Source of the DNA: Eledone cirrhosa
Lineage: Eukaryota
DNA length: 64,000 bases
Assembly: GCA_964016885.1 (NCBI GenBank)
Contig: OZ024741.1
Coordinates: forward strand, 160,084,001 to 160,148,000
Direction of reading: 5' to 3'
Below are positions 12,351 to 26,279 of the stretch, one piece after another. Made by a program: the position numbers and the translations under genes. The notes under the pieces are model-generated. The model was not told the origin of the DNA, did not search any database, and saw only the letters and a list, made by a program, of their open reading frames with translations. The number at the start of each line of letters is the position of its first letter. The first letter of the stretch is position 1.

Positions 12351-15300
12351 CTGGGCAAGGCACGACGGTCAAGCGGTAGTAGATGACGGACGCTATATAA
12401 GTGTTCGCCACCTCCGCTCGACCTTTCAGGGATAGTTTGCACTCAGCCCACTTCTGTGCGAGTGCAAACACCCTGCCCGTTACCTCGTCCCAGTTTTTCT
12501 CCACCTGGAGGTCCGGTCCGAACCAGACCCCGAGCAGCGGTCCCTCCGTCCAGCGTCCGACGACGCCGTTGGAGGGCATCGTTTTGCCTCTCCACGTTCC
12601 GAGTTGCAAACCGACGGACTTGTCCCGGTTCAGCTTGGCTCCTGTAAAATCCGCCCGATTTCCGAGGCGCACGACACCATTACTGACACGTCGTCGGCGT
12701 AGGCCGACACCGCTTTCCGCAATCCCCGTTCCATGGGGATTCCCTGCAACAGCTCCAACTTCCGCAGTAGTGACTCGAGAGCCAGCACATACAGAAGGGA
12801 GGAGAGAGGGCATCCCTGTCGGATGGATCGTGCGATTTGGAACGGCTCCGAGAGGTAACCGTTCACCTTGACCCTCGAGCAGGTGTTGCTGCTGTGCATT
12901 GCAGCAATCCAGCCCCTGAACACGGGTCCGAAGCCTGCCGCCGCGAGCACCGCATCCAGGTACCGATGGTCGATCCTATCGAACGCCTTAGATTGATCCA
13001 AGTTGATCAGGGCTCCACTAAAGTCGGGTTCGTTCCCTACGCTCTATACGATGTATCGCATGAGTTGGAGGTTGTCGTGTATGGGCCTGGACGGGATTGC
13101 GCATGTCTGCGCTTCTCCCACCAGGTTCCCGACGACAAGCGCCAACCTCTTCGCTAACACCTTGGCCAAAATCTTTAACTCTGTGTTTAGCAGAGTTATG
13201 GGCCTGAAGTTATCTATGTCATCCCCCTTGTTCTCGTCCTTCCTCACCAACATAACTACGCCCTTGGTCACATAACTGGGAATTCTCCCGTTCTGTTGCC
13301 AGTTGCAGTAGACCGCCTCGAGGAGATCGGAGAACAAGTCCGGCATCGCTATATAAAGTTCGTATGGCAGACTATCGAGACCGGGGGATTGGCTCAGCGC
13401 TTCCCCTATTTAAGCGGCTGAAATCGGCCTTTCGCAGGACTTCGCCTCCCCGTCCGAGAGCCGCGGCAGACCGTCGAGGTATGGACCGAAATCCATGGCC
13501 TCACCCGGCCCGCCGCCCCTCCCGAACAGTCGTGCAAAGCGCCGTTGAAAGGCCGCGCACATCCGCTCAGGTTCAAGGATCACGCGCCCATCCTGGTCCT
13601 TCAAAGCCCGAATCGTGGACTTGTTTCCACTCTTTGCCTCTGTCACCCGGCCCCAGCTAACAGCTTTGGCTCCCTTGTTACCCAGAGCACGTATTTTACT
13701 CCTGACAACACAGCCCTCGTGCTTCGCGTCAAAGAACTGGTATAGGGCCGTTCTTGACGCCAGCACGCCGGCCACGTTGCCCCTCCTAATCGCCTCTTCC
13801 ACTCTATCTATCAATTCCCTTTCAGTTCTATTCCTATCTGACTAAAACCTATCGATTCTATTCTAATTTCTCTCTTGAGAGAACACCACCACCCGCTGTT
13901 GACAATTGCGCCCGTCAACCGCTGATTAACTAGAGTGCTAATCCGCTTACTGTAATCTTTGTTTGACGGTAAGGACAAGTTTAGCTTCCAGTAACCGGGT
14001 CCTTGTCTATGGGTTCTATCAAGATTGACCACTCCGGTCACCAACTTGTGATCCGAATAGTCAACCATGAACATTCGTGGACAGCTTAATATGTCCCTAT
14101 CCTTATTTCTAACTAGGAACCTATCTAGGTACGACCTAGATGTTCCGCTAAGATTAGTCCACGTCCACAGTGGCACAGTCGGAAAATAGAGTCGATATCT
14201 ATCGGCCAGATCAAATCGGCCGATTAACCGTTTCAGTCTGTTACACCCCCCTCTATCGGGACATGCTCCTACATAATCCCAACGTGCATCCAGGATACCA
14301 TTCCAGTCCCCAACTAAAAGCAAGGAGCGAGACGTTCCCAGAAACGTCTCGGGAAAGTTCTGTTTGAGCATTGCGTAGGTGTCCCTTGGGACCCTAATCA
14401 TTTTAAAATGCGGTTTAGTCGCCGCGTTGGTGAACATTTTCCCTTCGGTTTCCACCGAAGGGTCTTTGTCTATTGTTTGCACAAGTGTTTGTTGTTTGTG
14501 TTGATGTATGTATACTGTTTTTGTTGTGTTGTGTTTGTTTTTGTTTGTTGTTCTTGTGTGTGTTTGCGTTTTGTAGTATCTGTTATGTTTTCGGGAGGGG
14601 TGGGTTTTTTTGTTTGTGATGTTTGTTCTGTTTGTGCTGGTGGTTGTGTGTTTGTTGCATTTTTGTTAATGTGGTGCCTTCTTTTCTTTCTTTTTACAGG
14701 TTGAAAGGGTACTCCCTCGTCCTCACTGGGTGACGTTGATAAGGGGTCCTCGTCCGTGTTGTTAGGGAGGTGTATATTTTGGGGTTTTGTTGTGGTTGCT
14801 TTTGTATTTGTTTTAGGCGGGGAGGGGTTGGGTGGGACAGTGTCTTGTGTTGTTATTTTTTTGTGTTGTTGTTGTTGTGGTGGTGGTGGTGGTGGTTGTG
14901 TTGTTGTGTGTGGGTGGGCAGAAGCGTCTTTTTTTGGGGGAGGGGCATTTAAAAGGGGACAGGAAGCCCTCAGGTGACCACTTCTTAAACAGTGGTAGCA
15001 TGAAGGCCGCCTGCCGACAACAGAAACGTTTATGAAGGCGACTCCATACAGGGACACACGCTGCGGTATTCTTGCTATCCGTTCTGGTCTCATTTGGACC
15101 AGAACTTCAAGGCTATTGCCACCGAATACGCCCCCGGTGGATTCGCCTATCGAAAGGATTGTGTCCTCATCTTCTAAGAATCCCGTTAGCAACCACCAAA
15201 TGCTCGCATTTGGCCTGATGCCCGAGATTCTTATCTTTTGAGTTCTTTTCCCCAAATATGTGGGGGAAAAGGTGTATGCTTTGGATACAATTGGCGACAC

Positions 15301-16171
15301 AGAATATTTCCGTGCCGCCAATTCATCTTGCATTAAAACAGATATGCTTCCATACAGTTTCCCTTTCTGTATGAAAGCGATATCCTTCCAGGCACTACTT
15401 AGGACCAGCTCAATTTCGCTTTGGGACAATTGAGCCGGTTTCCTAGTCGTGTTCGAAACTGTCCTAAAGATTACAGTCCTGAGGACTGTGTCCCTTCTAA
15501 TTTCTTCGAGGGAGGTAATTGTGAATTCCCCACCTTCCCCGAAATTTACACAATTCCTTGCTTCTTTCAGCAATTTCTTGGCATTCGAGATGTCCAGTGC
15601 CTTGTATGTCTGCATTTCTCGGACTGCCTGTGCGAAGGAGACTGCAGCTGTGGGTCCGTTTTCTTTCGTGTTGTTATCATTTTTGTTGTTGTTATTCGTG
15701 TTGGCTTGCGTTTTTCCATTGTTGGTGTTGTCATTATTGCTGTTGTTGGTTGTGTTGTTATTGTCATTGTTGCTGTTGTTGGTTGTGTTGTTATTGTCAT
15801 TGTTGTTCTTGTTTGTATAATTGTTACTTTTGGGGTTTTCACCCATTTCCACAATTTTTTCTTTTAATTCCGTGGTGTCTTTTGCGGGAGTGAGGAGGAA
15901 AGGCTTACAGCGTTGTGGTGCTACCTTCTCTCTATCACTTTCCTTGGGGGGCTTGGCATGCGTCGTATTAATGGCGTCCATTGTCACTAAACGATTTTTT
16001 ATCGACAACTTCTAACTATTAAATTTCGCCCCAAAACGGGGCGAAATTTATTTTACCCAACGTCTGAAGGCTCAGGTGAGGGGTTAAACACAACAAATAA
16101 CAAATTACTTAAACAGACCTACCGCTTCTCGTAATAAATTCCGACAAAATGCAGGAGCGAAACAAAAATAC
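12350..16171 (-). mobile_element. Tx1/L1-clade element with 5' UTR, ORF1 and an internally deleted, 3'-truncated ORF2
   Basis: ORF2 fragments are highly similar to the 2801-6398 copy. A deletion junction near 14348 (QNFP|ETFLGTSRS) joins ORF1-like sequence to mid-EN. The 5' end abuts (TC)n. Confidence 0.9.
14470..15981 (-). CDS. Tx1-type ORF1 (gag-like) protein with CCHC zinc knuckle
   Basis: ATG at 15981 (MDAINTT..); CYHCLRSGHLRASC knuckle; Asn-rich N-terminus and Pro/Thr-rich tail; lies upstream of ORF2 on the same strand. Confidence 0.8.
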   Translation of the reverse strand: MDAINTTHAKPPKESDREKVAPQRCKPFLLTPAKDTTELKEKIVEMGENPKSNNYTNKNNNDNNNTTNNSNNDNNNTTNNSNNDNTNNGKTQANTNNNNKNDNNTKENGPTAAVSFAQAVREMQTYKALDISNAKKLLKEARNCVNFGEGGEFTITSLEEIRRDTVLRTVIFRTVSNTTRKPAQLSQSEIELVLSSAWKDIAFIQKGKLYGSISVLMQDELAARKYSVSPIVSKAYTFSPTYLGKRTQKIRISGIRPNASIWWLLTGFLEDEDTILSIGESTGGVFGGNSLEVLVQMRPERIARIPQRVSLYGVAFINVSVVGRRPSCYHCLRSGHLRASCPLLNAPPPKKDASAHPHTTTQPPPPPPQQQQHKKITTQDTVPPNPSPPKTNTKATTTKPQNIHLPNNTDEDPLSTSPSEDEGVPFQPVKRKKRRHHINKNATNTQPPAQTEQTSQTKKPTPPENITDTTKRKHTQEQQTKTNTTQQKQYTYINTNNKHLCKQ

Positions 16172-16186
16172 GAGAGAGAGAGAGAG

Positions 16187-16325
<139 letters not shown>

Positions 16326-16341
16326 ATAGAGAGAGAGAGAG

Positions 16342-16410
<69 letters not shown>

Positions 16411-16559
16411 TTAGATGGAGGAATATACAATGCTCCATCCAACGGACTTCGATCCAACAGTGGACCGACATCTGCTGAATAGCCGAGAAAAATATTATAT
16501 ATATATATAAAATATAAACAAGGTGTTCCAAAAATATGTATATACAGCATCCTAATAAA

Positions 16560-16705
16560 AAAGCACCCAGACGATGTGCTGTAATACGGTTTGCGTTAGG
16601 AAGGGCACCCGGTCGTAGAAACCAAGCCAGAAACAGTTCGTGAGGTGCGTCTAACCCTTGCAAGCATGGAAAACAGACGTTAAGCGGTGATGAAGATGAT
16701 GTTCA
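16560..16705 (+). mobile_element. SINE 3' portion with Meta-like domain and (GAT)n tail
   Basis: gcgttaggaagggcacccggtcgtagaa resembles the MetaSINE core; tail catggaaaacagacgttaa..gatgatg. Confidence 0.5.
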
Positions 16706-16727
16706 TGATATATATATATATACAGTA

Positions 16728-17523
16728 TAAGTAGAAAATGGCCACAATTACATAAGACATCCCTTTTTAACTCGTCAGACACATTCGCTCATTAAGTAAA
16801 TGATATTTCGCTTTTAGAAGAATGCCCTGACAAAGGCTAGGGGTCTACCACTCCCAGTGGTTTGTGTGATTTGGGGCACCCTGCGGGAGGAAAAAACAAA
16901 ACACGTCAAAGGGTGGAGGAACTCGGGACAGTCAACGGCCATCCAATAAAGTTTTTTTTTTTGAGTGAAAGACTGCTAGTCTTCATTAAAGCATCTCTCT
17001 AGGAGAAGGTCACTCTGATATAAAACCTGCGACTTCGTTTGTGTATATATGTGTGTTTGTATGAATGTGTATGTAGGGTCGGATTTATAGCGGGGCGGCC
17101 GGAGCTTTTGCCCCGGGTCCCCATCAACTGAGGACCTATCTGCGGACGTGGGGCCAAGAAGGATAGATATGCCTCTGATGAGCTTTCTATTTTTAACTTT
17201 TAGACACACCAGAACAATGCTTTTAACCAAAAGTACATAGTGTCAACCCTGTGGTCAATTCATCGAAATTTCTTTACTCTAGAGAGATAAAATCGTTATC
17301 AGAATAATATTTAATGACAAATACTTATGGGGTACTTCATCAAAATTTCTCTATTTTAGCAACATCAGATGGTTGTTGTAGAATGTAATGGGATGCGATC
17401 GTATGCTTGTGTGTGTTTTTAAGTACATTCAAGTGTGGAAAGTGAAATACCACTAACTTAATGAGCGAATGTGTCTGACGAGTTAAAAAGGGATGTCTTA
17501 TGTAATTGTGGCCATTTTCTACT
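16728..17523. repeat. About 70-bp inverted repeats flanking about 660 bp, bounded by (TA)n
   Basis: 16728-16797 is the reverse complement of 17456-17523. The arm contains CTGACGA but only a degenerate HHR. Confidence 0.8.
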
Positions 17524-17563
17524 ATATATATATATATATATATATATATGGCCGTTTTCTACT

Positions 17564-17749
<186 letters not shown>

Positions 17750-17780
17750 TATACATACACACACATATATATATATATAT

Positions 17781-18041
<261 letters not shown>

Positions 18042-18253
18042 AAAGAAAATTTCGCTCTACATTCACATGCCAACACAAGAGCAAGAATGAAGGGTTCATT
18101 CTACTGACATGGCTATAACATTGAGGCTTGTTTGCATAATTGCAAACGAATCGAATGTTATGATTAATATTCGAAAAACTCAGATTACATTTATATATAT
18201 ATATTATTCAAAATATTAACAAATGAAGATATTCACATAATCAAAATATATGC

Positions 18254-18314
18254 TTTATTATATATATTTCGAAGGTACTGTGTTTTTTTTTTCAGTACGT
18301 CTTCGTCAGATAAA
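18254..18314 (-). ncRNA. Type I hammerhead ribozyme
   Basis: TTTAT-CTGACGA-AGACGTACTG..CAGTACCTTC-GAAA-TATATA-TA^ATAAA. Confidence 0.78.
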
Positions 18315-18378
18315 ATATATGATTTGATATATCACATACTTCTACGGTCTTGATATTTCAATTCCAGTATTGGCAGTC

Positions 18379-18422
<44 letters not shown>

Positions 18423-18799
18423 ATTATATATATCACATATACGTGTGTGTGTAGACATTTTTTATATACAGACACTGATAGTTGAATAGATATATAAATG
18501 GATAAATAAATAGACAGGTAAATAGATAGAGATAGAAAGAAGGAGAGGTAGAGAGAAATAGGAGTGAAAGTAATAAAAACAGTAGGAGGAGTCCATATAT
18601 AAACTGGAGGGGTGATTTCTGTGTTTGTGTACGTGTATGTTTCTCTATGTAAATGTGTGTCTGTGTCTGTGCATGTGTCTGTGTGTGTGTCTGTGTGTGT
18701 CTGCGTGTGTCTGTGTGTATATATGTGGGTTTATGTATGTCGGTATTTATACGTTTCTGTGAATATATTTATGTCTGTTTGTTTGTGTCTGCGTGTGTG

Positions 18800-19415
18800 T
18801 GTATGTGTGCTTGTGTATGTATGTGTGTGTGTGTGTGTGTGTTTATATATGTGTGCTTGTGTGTGCGTGTTTATATATGTGAGCTTGTGTGTGTGTGTAT
18901 TTATATATGTGTGTGCTTGTGTGTTTGTATATGCCTGTTTGTGTGTGTGTGTGTATCTGTTTGTGTGTGTGTGTGTCTGTGTGTGTATCTGTTTGTGTGT
19001 CTATGTGTGTGTGTGAATTTATGCATATGTGCTTGTGTGTTTGTATATGCCTGTCTTTATGTGTGTGTATTTATATATATGTGCTTATGTGTTTATACAC
19101 GCCTGTTTGTGTGTGTATGTGTGTGTATTTATATATGTGCTTATGTGTTTATACACGCCTGTTTGTGTGTGTATGTGTGTGTATTTATATATATGTGCTT
19201 GTGTGTTTATACACGCCTGTCTGTGTGTGTGTATGTGTGTGTATTTATATATATGTGCTTGTGTGTTTATATACGCCTGTTTGTGTGTGTATATATATAT
19301 GTGTGTGCTTGTGTGTTTATACACGCCTGTCTGTGTGTATATGTGTGTATGTGTGTGTATTTATATATATGTGCTTGTGTGTTTATACACGCCTGTCTGT
19401 GTGTGTATGTTTGTG
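18800..19415. repeat. About 58-60-bp GT-rich minisatellite
   Basis: Recurring gtgcttgtgtgtttatacacgcctgtctgtgtgtgtatgtgtgtgtatttatatatat. Confidence 0.8.
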
Positions 19416-19502
19416 TGTCGTCTATCAATGAGAAAGAAGCAGTTAAGCTTTGATAAAGGTTGTGGCGAGGGTGGGACTAACTGGTGGTCGATTGTACAAC
19501 TT

Positions 19503-20590
19503 GATGGTGGTGATGGTAGTGGTGGTGGTGGTGGTGGTGGCGGTAGTAGTGGTGGTAGTAGTAGTGGTGGTGGTAGTGGTGGTGGTGGTGGTGGTGGTGG
19601 CAGCAGTGGTGGTAGTGGTGGTGGCAGTGGTGGTAGTGGTGGTGGTGGTGGTTATGGTGATGGTGGTGGTGGTGGTGGTGGTGGTAGTTGTGGTGATGGT
19701 GGTGGTGGTGGTGGTGGCGGTAGCAGTGGTGGTAGTAGTAGTGGTAGTGGTAGTGGTGGTGGTGGTGGTGGTGGTAGTAGTAGTGGTAGTGGTGGTGGTG
19801 GTGGTGGTTTTAGTGGTGGTAGTAGTAGTGGTAGTGGTGGTGGTGGTGGTGGTGGTAGCAGTGGTGGTAGTGGTGGTGGCAGTGGTGGTAGTGGTGGTGG
19901 TGGTGGTAGTAGTAGTGGTAGTGGTGGTGGTAGTGGTGGTGGTGGTGGTGGTGGTAGTAGTAGTGGTAGTGGTGGTGGTGGTGGTGGTTTTAGTGGTGGT
20001 AGTAGTAGTGGTAGTGGTGGTGGTGGTGGTGGTGGTGGTAGCAGTGGTGGTAGTGGTGGTGGCAGTGGTGGTAGTGGTGGTGGTGGTGGTAGTAGTAGTG
20101 GTAGTGGTGGTGGTAGTGGTGGTGGTGGTGGTGGTGGTGGTGGTTATGGTGATGGTGGTGGTGGTGGTGGTGGTGGTAGCAGTGGTGGTAGTGGTGGTGG
20201 CAGTGGTGGTAGTGGTGGTGGTGGTGGTAGTAGTAGTGGTAGTGGTGGTGGTAGTGGTGGTGGTGGTGATGGTGGTGGTGGTGGTGGTGGTGGTGGTGGT
20301 AGCAGTGGTAGTGGTGCTGATGGTAGTGGTGGTATTAACGGTAGTGGTGGTAGCAGTTGTAGTGGTGGTGATGGTGGTAGCAGTGGTAGTAGTAGTGGTG
20401 GTAGTAGTGGTGGTGGTAGCAGTGATAATAGTAGTGGTGGTAGCAGTGGTAGTAGTGGTGGCGGTGGTGGTGGAAGTGATCGCAGTACTAGTAGTAGTGG
20501 TGATAGTAGCAGTAGTAGTAGTGGTAGTAGCAGTGGTAGTAGTAGTGGTAGTAGTAGTGGTAGTAGCAGTGGTAGTAGTGGTGGTAGCAG
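19503..20590. repeat. 1.1-kb compound (GGT/AGT/AGC)n trinucleotide array with internal higher-order duplications
   Basis: Direct inspection; open reading frames here encode only poly-Gly/Ser, poly-Val or poly-Thr. Confidence 0.9.
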
Positions 20591-20708
20591 GGTTCTCGGC
20601 ATTATCAGCAGTAACATCATAGTGGTAATAATTAATTAGGAATAATAATAATAATTTCTGGTCGATGTTCCTGGTCGTGTTGATTTCTCTTAACCACACC
20701 CACTAACG

Positions 20709-20878
<170 letters not shown>

Positions 20879-20901
20879 GATATAGATATATATATACATA
20901 C

Positions 20902-21063
<162 letters not shown>

Positions 21064-21091
21064 GCATATATATATATATACATATATATAT

Positions 21092-21158
<67 letters not shown>

Positions 21159-21403
21159 GGTATGTATGTATATATACATATATACACACAAACGTATTTT
21201 GGAAGGTTTACCGAGATTGTTTTTGCTTCAATTTTTGTTGACTTAGTGGTTAATGTTGTTTGTTTTTCAATAGTTATTGTTGTTATTCCTGTTGATACGA
21301 TTGTTATTTTGATGTTGTTGTTGTTGTTGCTGTTGTTGTTGTTGTTGTCGTTGTTGTTTCCATTTCGCCACCCACCTCGCAAAGGCGCTGGCGGCCAAAA
21401 ACG

Positions 21404-21644
21404 ATGCCGCGTTCTTTTCTGGTGAAAAGTAAGAAATCACCAACCACCACCAGGACCACTAACACTACCACCAACACTACCACCACCACCACCATCACCA
21501 CCACCACCACCACTGCAACCACTGACGTCATTAGCGACACCGCCGCCACCGCCAATAACTACAACAACACCAATATAGATTGTACAGGATCTATCAGTGA
21601 ACAACACAGTGCTTTCACTTTGGTCAACCCAAATCAGGCAGCAG
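21404..21644 (+). CDS. Gfi1: First coding exon of a SNAG-domain transcriptional repressor, most like Gfi1/Gfi1b/senseless
   Basis: The N-terminus [11 protein letters not shown] matches the Gfi1/Gfi1b SNAG peptide (Snail/Scratch typically read ..LVKK or ..LVRK). Canonical donor CAG|GTGAGT at 21644/21645, phase 1. No zinc-finger exons were found in the window. Confidence 0.78.
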
Positions 21645-21862
21645 GTGAGTTCGAGTCCCATAATCATCATCATCGTCATCGTCATCATCATTATCTTCTT
21701 CTTCTTCTTCTTCTTCTTCTTCTTCTTCGTTATTTTTACATCTTTTTAATGTTCTGTTTGATATGTTTTTTTAAAATTAACCCTACCCTACCATTGTCGA
21801 AATAATTCGTTTTCAGCTTAAATTGTATATACACTAACAGACATGCATATACAATCATACAG

Positions 21863-21945
<83 letters not shown>

Positions 21946-23606
21946 CTTACATGAAAACATATATATACACGCACACACGCATAAGTGCATACATACACAT
22001 ATACATAGATGCATGCATACATACATACACGTACATGGATACATAGATACAGACAGACACATACATGCATTCATACATATATACACACATAAATGCATAC
22101 ATACATACATCCATACAAACATACAAACACACGCACACACACATCTAGCGAATAAGTAGCTTCTATAAAAACCACATCATTTACCGGAAACATCAGCCAA
22201 GTCTCCTGAAATCACACGCTGCCGTCTTTACATATGAAGAACACAGTCATAAACTACGTTTGAAAATTAACAACAACAACAACAACAAAGCATTGTTATC
22301 ATGGTTGAAATACTTTGTATATTGGATGAGGGCTGTTACTCTTATCTCCCGGTGTGGAAGGCCGGAGCAAAGGACGACATTTCCGTCAAATCACCCTCTG
22401 CTGTCTTATGGAAGAACACTATACACTATTTAATAACAAAAAAAAAAAATTGGAAGCTCGTGCCTGGAATGCTTTCATTATAAAACACCTGGGGCGGGGC
22501 TGACCTAGGCTAAACAACATACACACACGAACACATACCCACACATACACATTTGAAAACATGAAGCCACATATAATCTGCTAATTCAACGAAGGAACCA
22601 CTATGAAGTCACTTAGAATGCTAGAAATGGAAACTGAATAACCCTTATATCACACACTGTTATTTTAAATCTGTGAAAGACATATTAAATAATGTAGTCC
22701 TAGAAACATTGTATTTGTCTGTGCTTATATATTTATGTCTGTGTGTGTGTATATATATCTGTCTGTTTGTTTATATATGTCTGTCCGCATGCGTTTATAT
22801 GTCTGTGTGTGTGTGCATGTATGTTTAATATCGAGCAAAGAAAATAAGACAGTTCGTCACGGGTGGGACGTTTTTGATAATAGACCCAACCGGTCAGAGT
22901 TTGCCGTGAATAAGGGCACTGTAAAGTTTTGTCTATCTGTCTATCCATTTGCTGTCTGTTCTGGAATGGCTCTTCCAGCGCGTCTTCCTCACCATTCTCC
23001 GGGAAAATGCCTTCTCCATTCTGTCTATTGGGGCCGCGGGGCGGCCAGTGCGTGGGCCCCCATTTGCTTATCATAGTGAGAGATGGGGAGAGCGGGAGAG
23101 ACGGGGGCAGTGACAGTGGGAGGTTGGTTCCATTGTGTTCCGACCTGGTGTATATGTATATGTTTATTTACCACATTAATACTTCACAGCAGAGATGAAG
23201 AGATTTAATTCCATATTTTAGCAACAGGGATGTCCAAAATGTTAAAGGTTGTGGTGGTCGGTTCTATCTTATGAAGGGGATTGTTGCCGAGAAACCTATC
23301 CCTTTGGGCCAAAAAAATTATCACAAGATATAAGCCTCTTGGAGCTAGAGTGGACACTGTTTGAATACATCAGTCCCTTTGTGCAAGAGAAAAATCATTC
23401 CCTTGGAGATAGAGATGTCACATGTGCAAGCTAATCGAAGGATATCGCCGAAATCCTTACAGCTGTCATTCTCACATCTCCATTTCCCCCAACATTCTGT
23501 CCTCTAAAACTACACAACCAAATGCCTTCTTTCTTTGAGACGGTAATGTTTAAGTTTAGTAGGATTTGGCTGTTCTTGTCACTAAGAGAGTTGGTTTGTT
23601 GTAATA

Positions 23607-23735
23607 ATTGTTTCTACTATTGGCACAAGGCCAGCAAATTTTCAGTGCATTACTGGTACTTTATTTTATCGACCCCGTAAGGATGAAAGGCAAAGTTAAC
23701 CTCGGCGGGGTGGGATTTGAACTCGGAACGTAAAG
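23607..23735 (-). mobile_element. Nin-like SINE fragment
   Basis: Reverse complement of the 10889-11075 element body. Confidence 0.8.
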
Positions 23736-23839
23736 GACAATAATAAAAACACGGTATCGAAGTGAGTGGTAGCAATAGTTGCTGTGGTTTTAATGTATTT
23801 TGAGATATGTGTTTATATATTTTGAATTGTTGGGAACCA

Positions 23840-24300
23840 CCGCATGATATTATCTGTGGTATGTGATGAGGGTCAGACATGATGTTATCTGTGGTCTTTT
23901 GTGGGTCATCACATGATATTGTCTGTGGCCTGTGGTCTGTTGTAAGTCGTCACATGATATTGTCTGTGGCCTGTTGTGGGACATCACGTGGTATTGTCTG
24001 TGGTCGGTGGTGTGAGATATCAGTTAGATTGTTATACGTATTTCCTTTATCTATTTGTTGTTTGTTCGTTTAATATAACTATTTCATATCCGTTATATAT
24101 ATATCTCTTTAATATCTGTTTGATATCTATTTCGTATGTTATGTCTCTTTGATATTTGTTTGACACATCTCTTTGATATTTGTTTGACATATCTGTTTCA
24201 TATATCTATTTGAGATCTGTTGTATATGTCTGTTTGATATGTTTGATATGTCAGTTTGATATAACTGCTTGATGAGACTTTGTATATATCTGTTTGATAT
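23840..24300. repeat. Degenerate minisatellites (about 35-bp catgatattgtctgtgg units, then about 11-bp tgtttgatatc units)
   Basis: Direct inspection. Confidence 0.6.
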
Positions 24301-25414
24301 ATACAGAGTGCACGTGCTCTAAGTAAATTTCTGCAGATGCCAGAAGCCATTGTGAGAGGGGTCAACTGGCTCCAGCAACTTCTTGCTCTCAATAAGATGT
24401 CATTTATTTCGATGTGAGTAGAAACTAATTCATGCGATTTTGTTTCGTGAAATAGAGAGAGAAGAGGATAAAGAGTTTAGTGTGAACTAATCTTCACTGG
24501 TGAAGGTAAGAATCGCATAGAAAAAATTAAAAACGCCCCCAGGTCCTTGTTGGGGAGACAAGAAGAATAGCTTAACTGGTCAACTTGGAACATGACTTTT
24601 CATCTACGAGATTGTGTTTTTCGGGAGAGGGGGCAGACTCATGGACAGCCCTAAGTGGCAGAAAATTTTACTACCCATTAGTGGGGGCAAGAATCATATT
24701 AGAAGTTAAAAATACAAAAGGACTTGTTGGTTAACCTTCTCATGTCAGTTCTTATTGAGTTTTGATGTTTGGATTAACAGAAACGTTAGAAAGTTAGATG
24801 AACTGTCTAGCAGTATTTGTTCCAACTCTTTACTTTCGGAGTCCAAATGCTACCGAGGTCTGCTTTGCCATTCATCAATCTGATGACAATAAAATAAAAT
24901 ACCAGTCAACTACTGAGGTTGATACGATAGGCTGTCCGCCACCCCAGTATTTCAGTTTGCAGTTACAAATTATGTCCCGGCTCTCCACATGCAGATTTCG
25001 AATCTCCATGTCACATACTGTGTTACACTGATTCTACTACAAGATTAAATTAAGTATATACATATCTGTGGAATACCAAACCACTTAACCGTGTATTTAA
25101 TAAGTTGAATAAATTACCAAAATACGCATCGTCAAAACTGACAAAATATCCACATGTGTCCTTGTCAGTTCGTGTGTTTGTTTCTGTTTATGTGTGTGTG
25201 TTTGTGCATGTGTGCATGTTTCAACGTGTATGTGGATGTGTGGCTAAAAAACAAACAACACCACTAACAGCAACACTTCAATAAATTGAATGAGGATGTA
25301 TTGCGAATAGAAACGAGGAGATATCTTACTGGGACTTAAACCACTTTCTGCACCTTTGAATTGTACAGTCTATTTAAAGGAGTATATAGTATACAATATA
25401 TATATATATATAAG

Positions 25415-25678
25415 TTTATCCCGGGTTCAATCGGGGGTAACCACAGTAAGTAAGGTACTCAATACATAGCAGAGTATAAATATTTAATATAGAAATGGCT
25501 TCTACAGGACTAGAATTGTTTAATTTGGGAGAAATCATCAGGAAGCCGATGACCTCCACCTATCCCAATCCCCACCTTCCCCTACCACCAGAAAAGGTAT
25601 AAATACCACCATATTACTTGAACAGTCGGCTTCCTGATGATTTCTCCCGAATGAAACAGTTCTAGTCCTGTAGAAGCC

Positions 25679-25685
<7 letters not shown>
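25415..25685. mobile_element. Inverted pair of family B hammerhead ends; intact HHR at 25628-25678 (+)
   Basis: GGCTTC-CTGATGA-TTTCTCCCGAAT-GAAA-CAGTTCTAGTCCTG-TA^GAAGCC. The mirrored copy at 25493-25550 extends to a hairpin at 25457-25475. Confidence 0.85.
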
Positions 25686-25763
<78 letters not shown>

Positions 25764-25852
25764 AAAAATCTATGGACGTTAGAAAACGTTCTATACAGAT
25801 CATCTTATATAAGGAAAACGATAATAAAAAATGGGTTGAAAAGGGCACACAT

Positions 25853-25942
<90 letters not shown>

Positions 25943-26279
25943 GATCTTTATAAAATATACAAAAAATTGATTTTACCCAAACCAATGTAGTCGAGAATTA
26001 GCATGCAGGAGTTTTAACGAGAAAAAACAATTTAAGCTAATAACAAATGTTTTGATAATCGAACAGGGAGAAAGCAAGCTTTGCTAAAAAACAATTTTTT
26101 TTGTACATGTATCCTTTAGATGTATACCAGGTTCAATTTTTAACACCCTTTTTTATTATCATTTACCTTATATATATATAGTGTTGTATATAATTCAGAG
26201 ACCACTCTAATGATTTTATTAGGTTAGGTTAATATTGAACAAGGTACAATTATTAGATAAAAATATATAGAATTACAAA

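Noticed and set aside
19029-20699. 536-aa Gly/Ser-rich and 418-aa Thr-rich ORFs
   Set aside because: Trinucleotide array open in several frames on both strands, with no unique domain or convincing gene structure.
21645-21805. Continuation of the SNAG ORF (poly-His, poly-Leu)
   Set aside because: Lies after a canonical GTGAGT donor and consists of CAT and CTT microsatellites; intronic.
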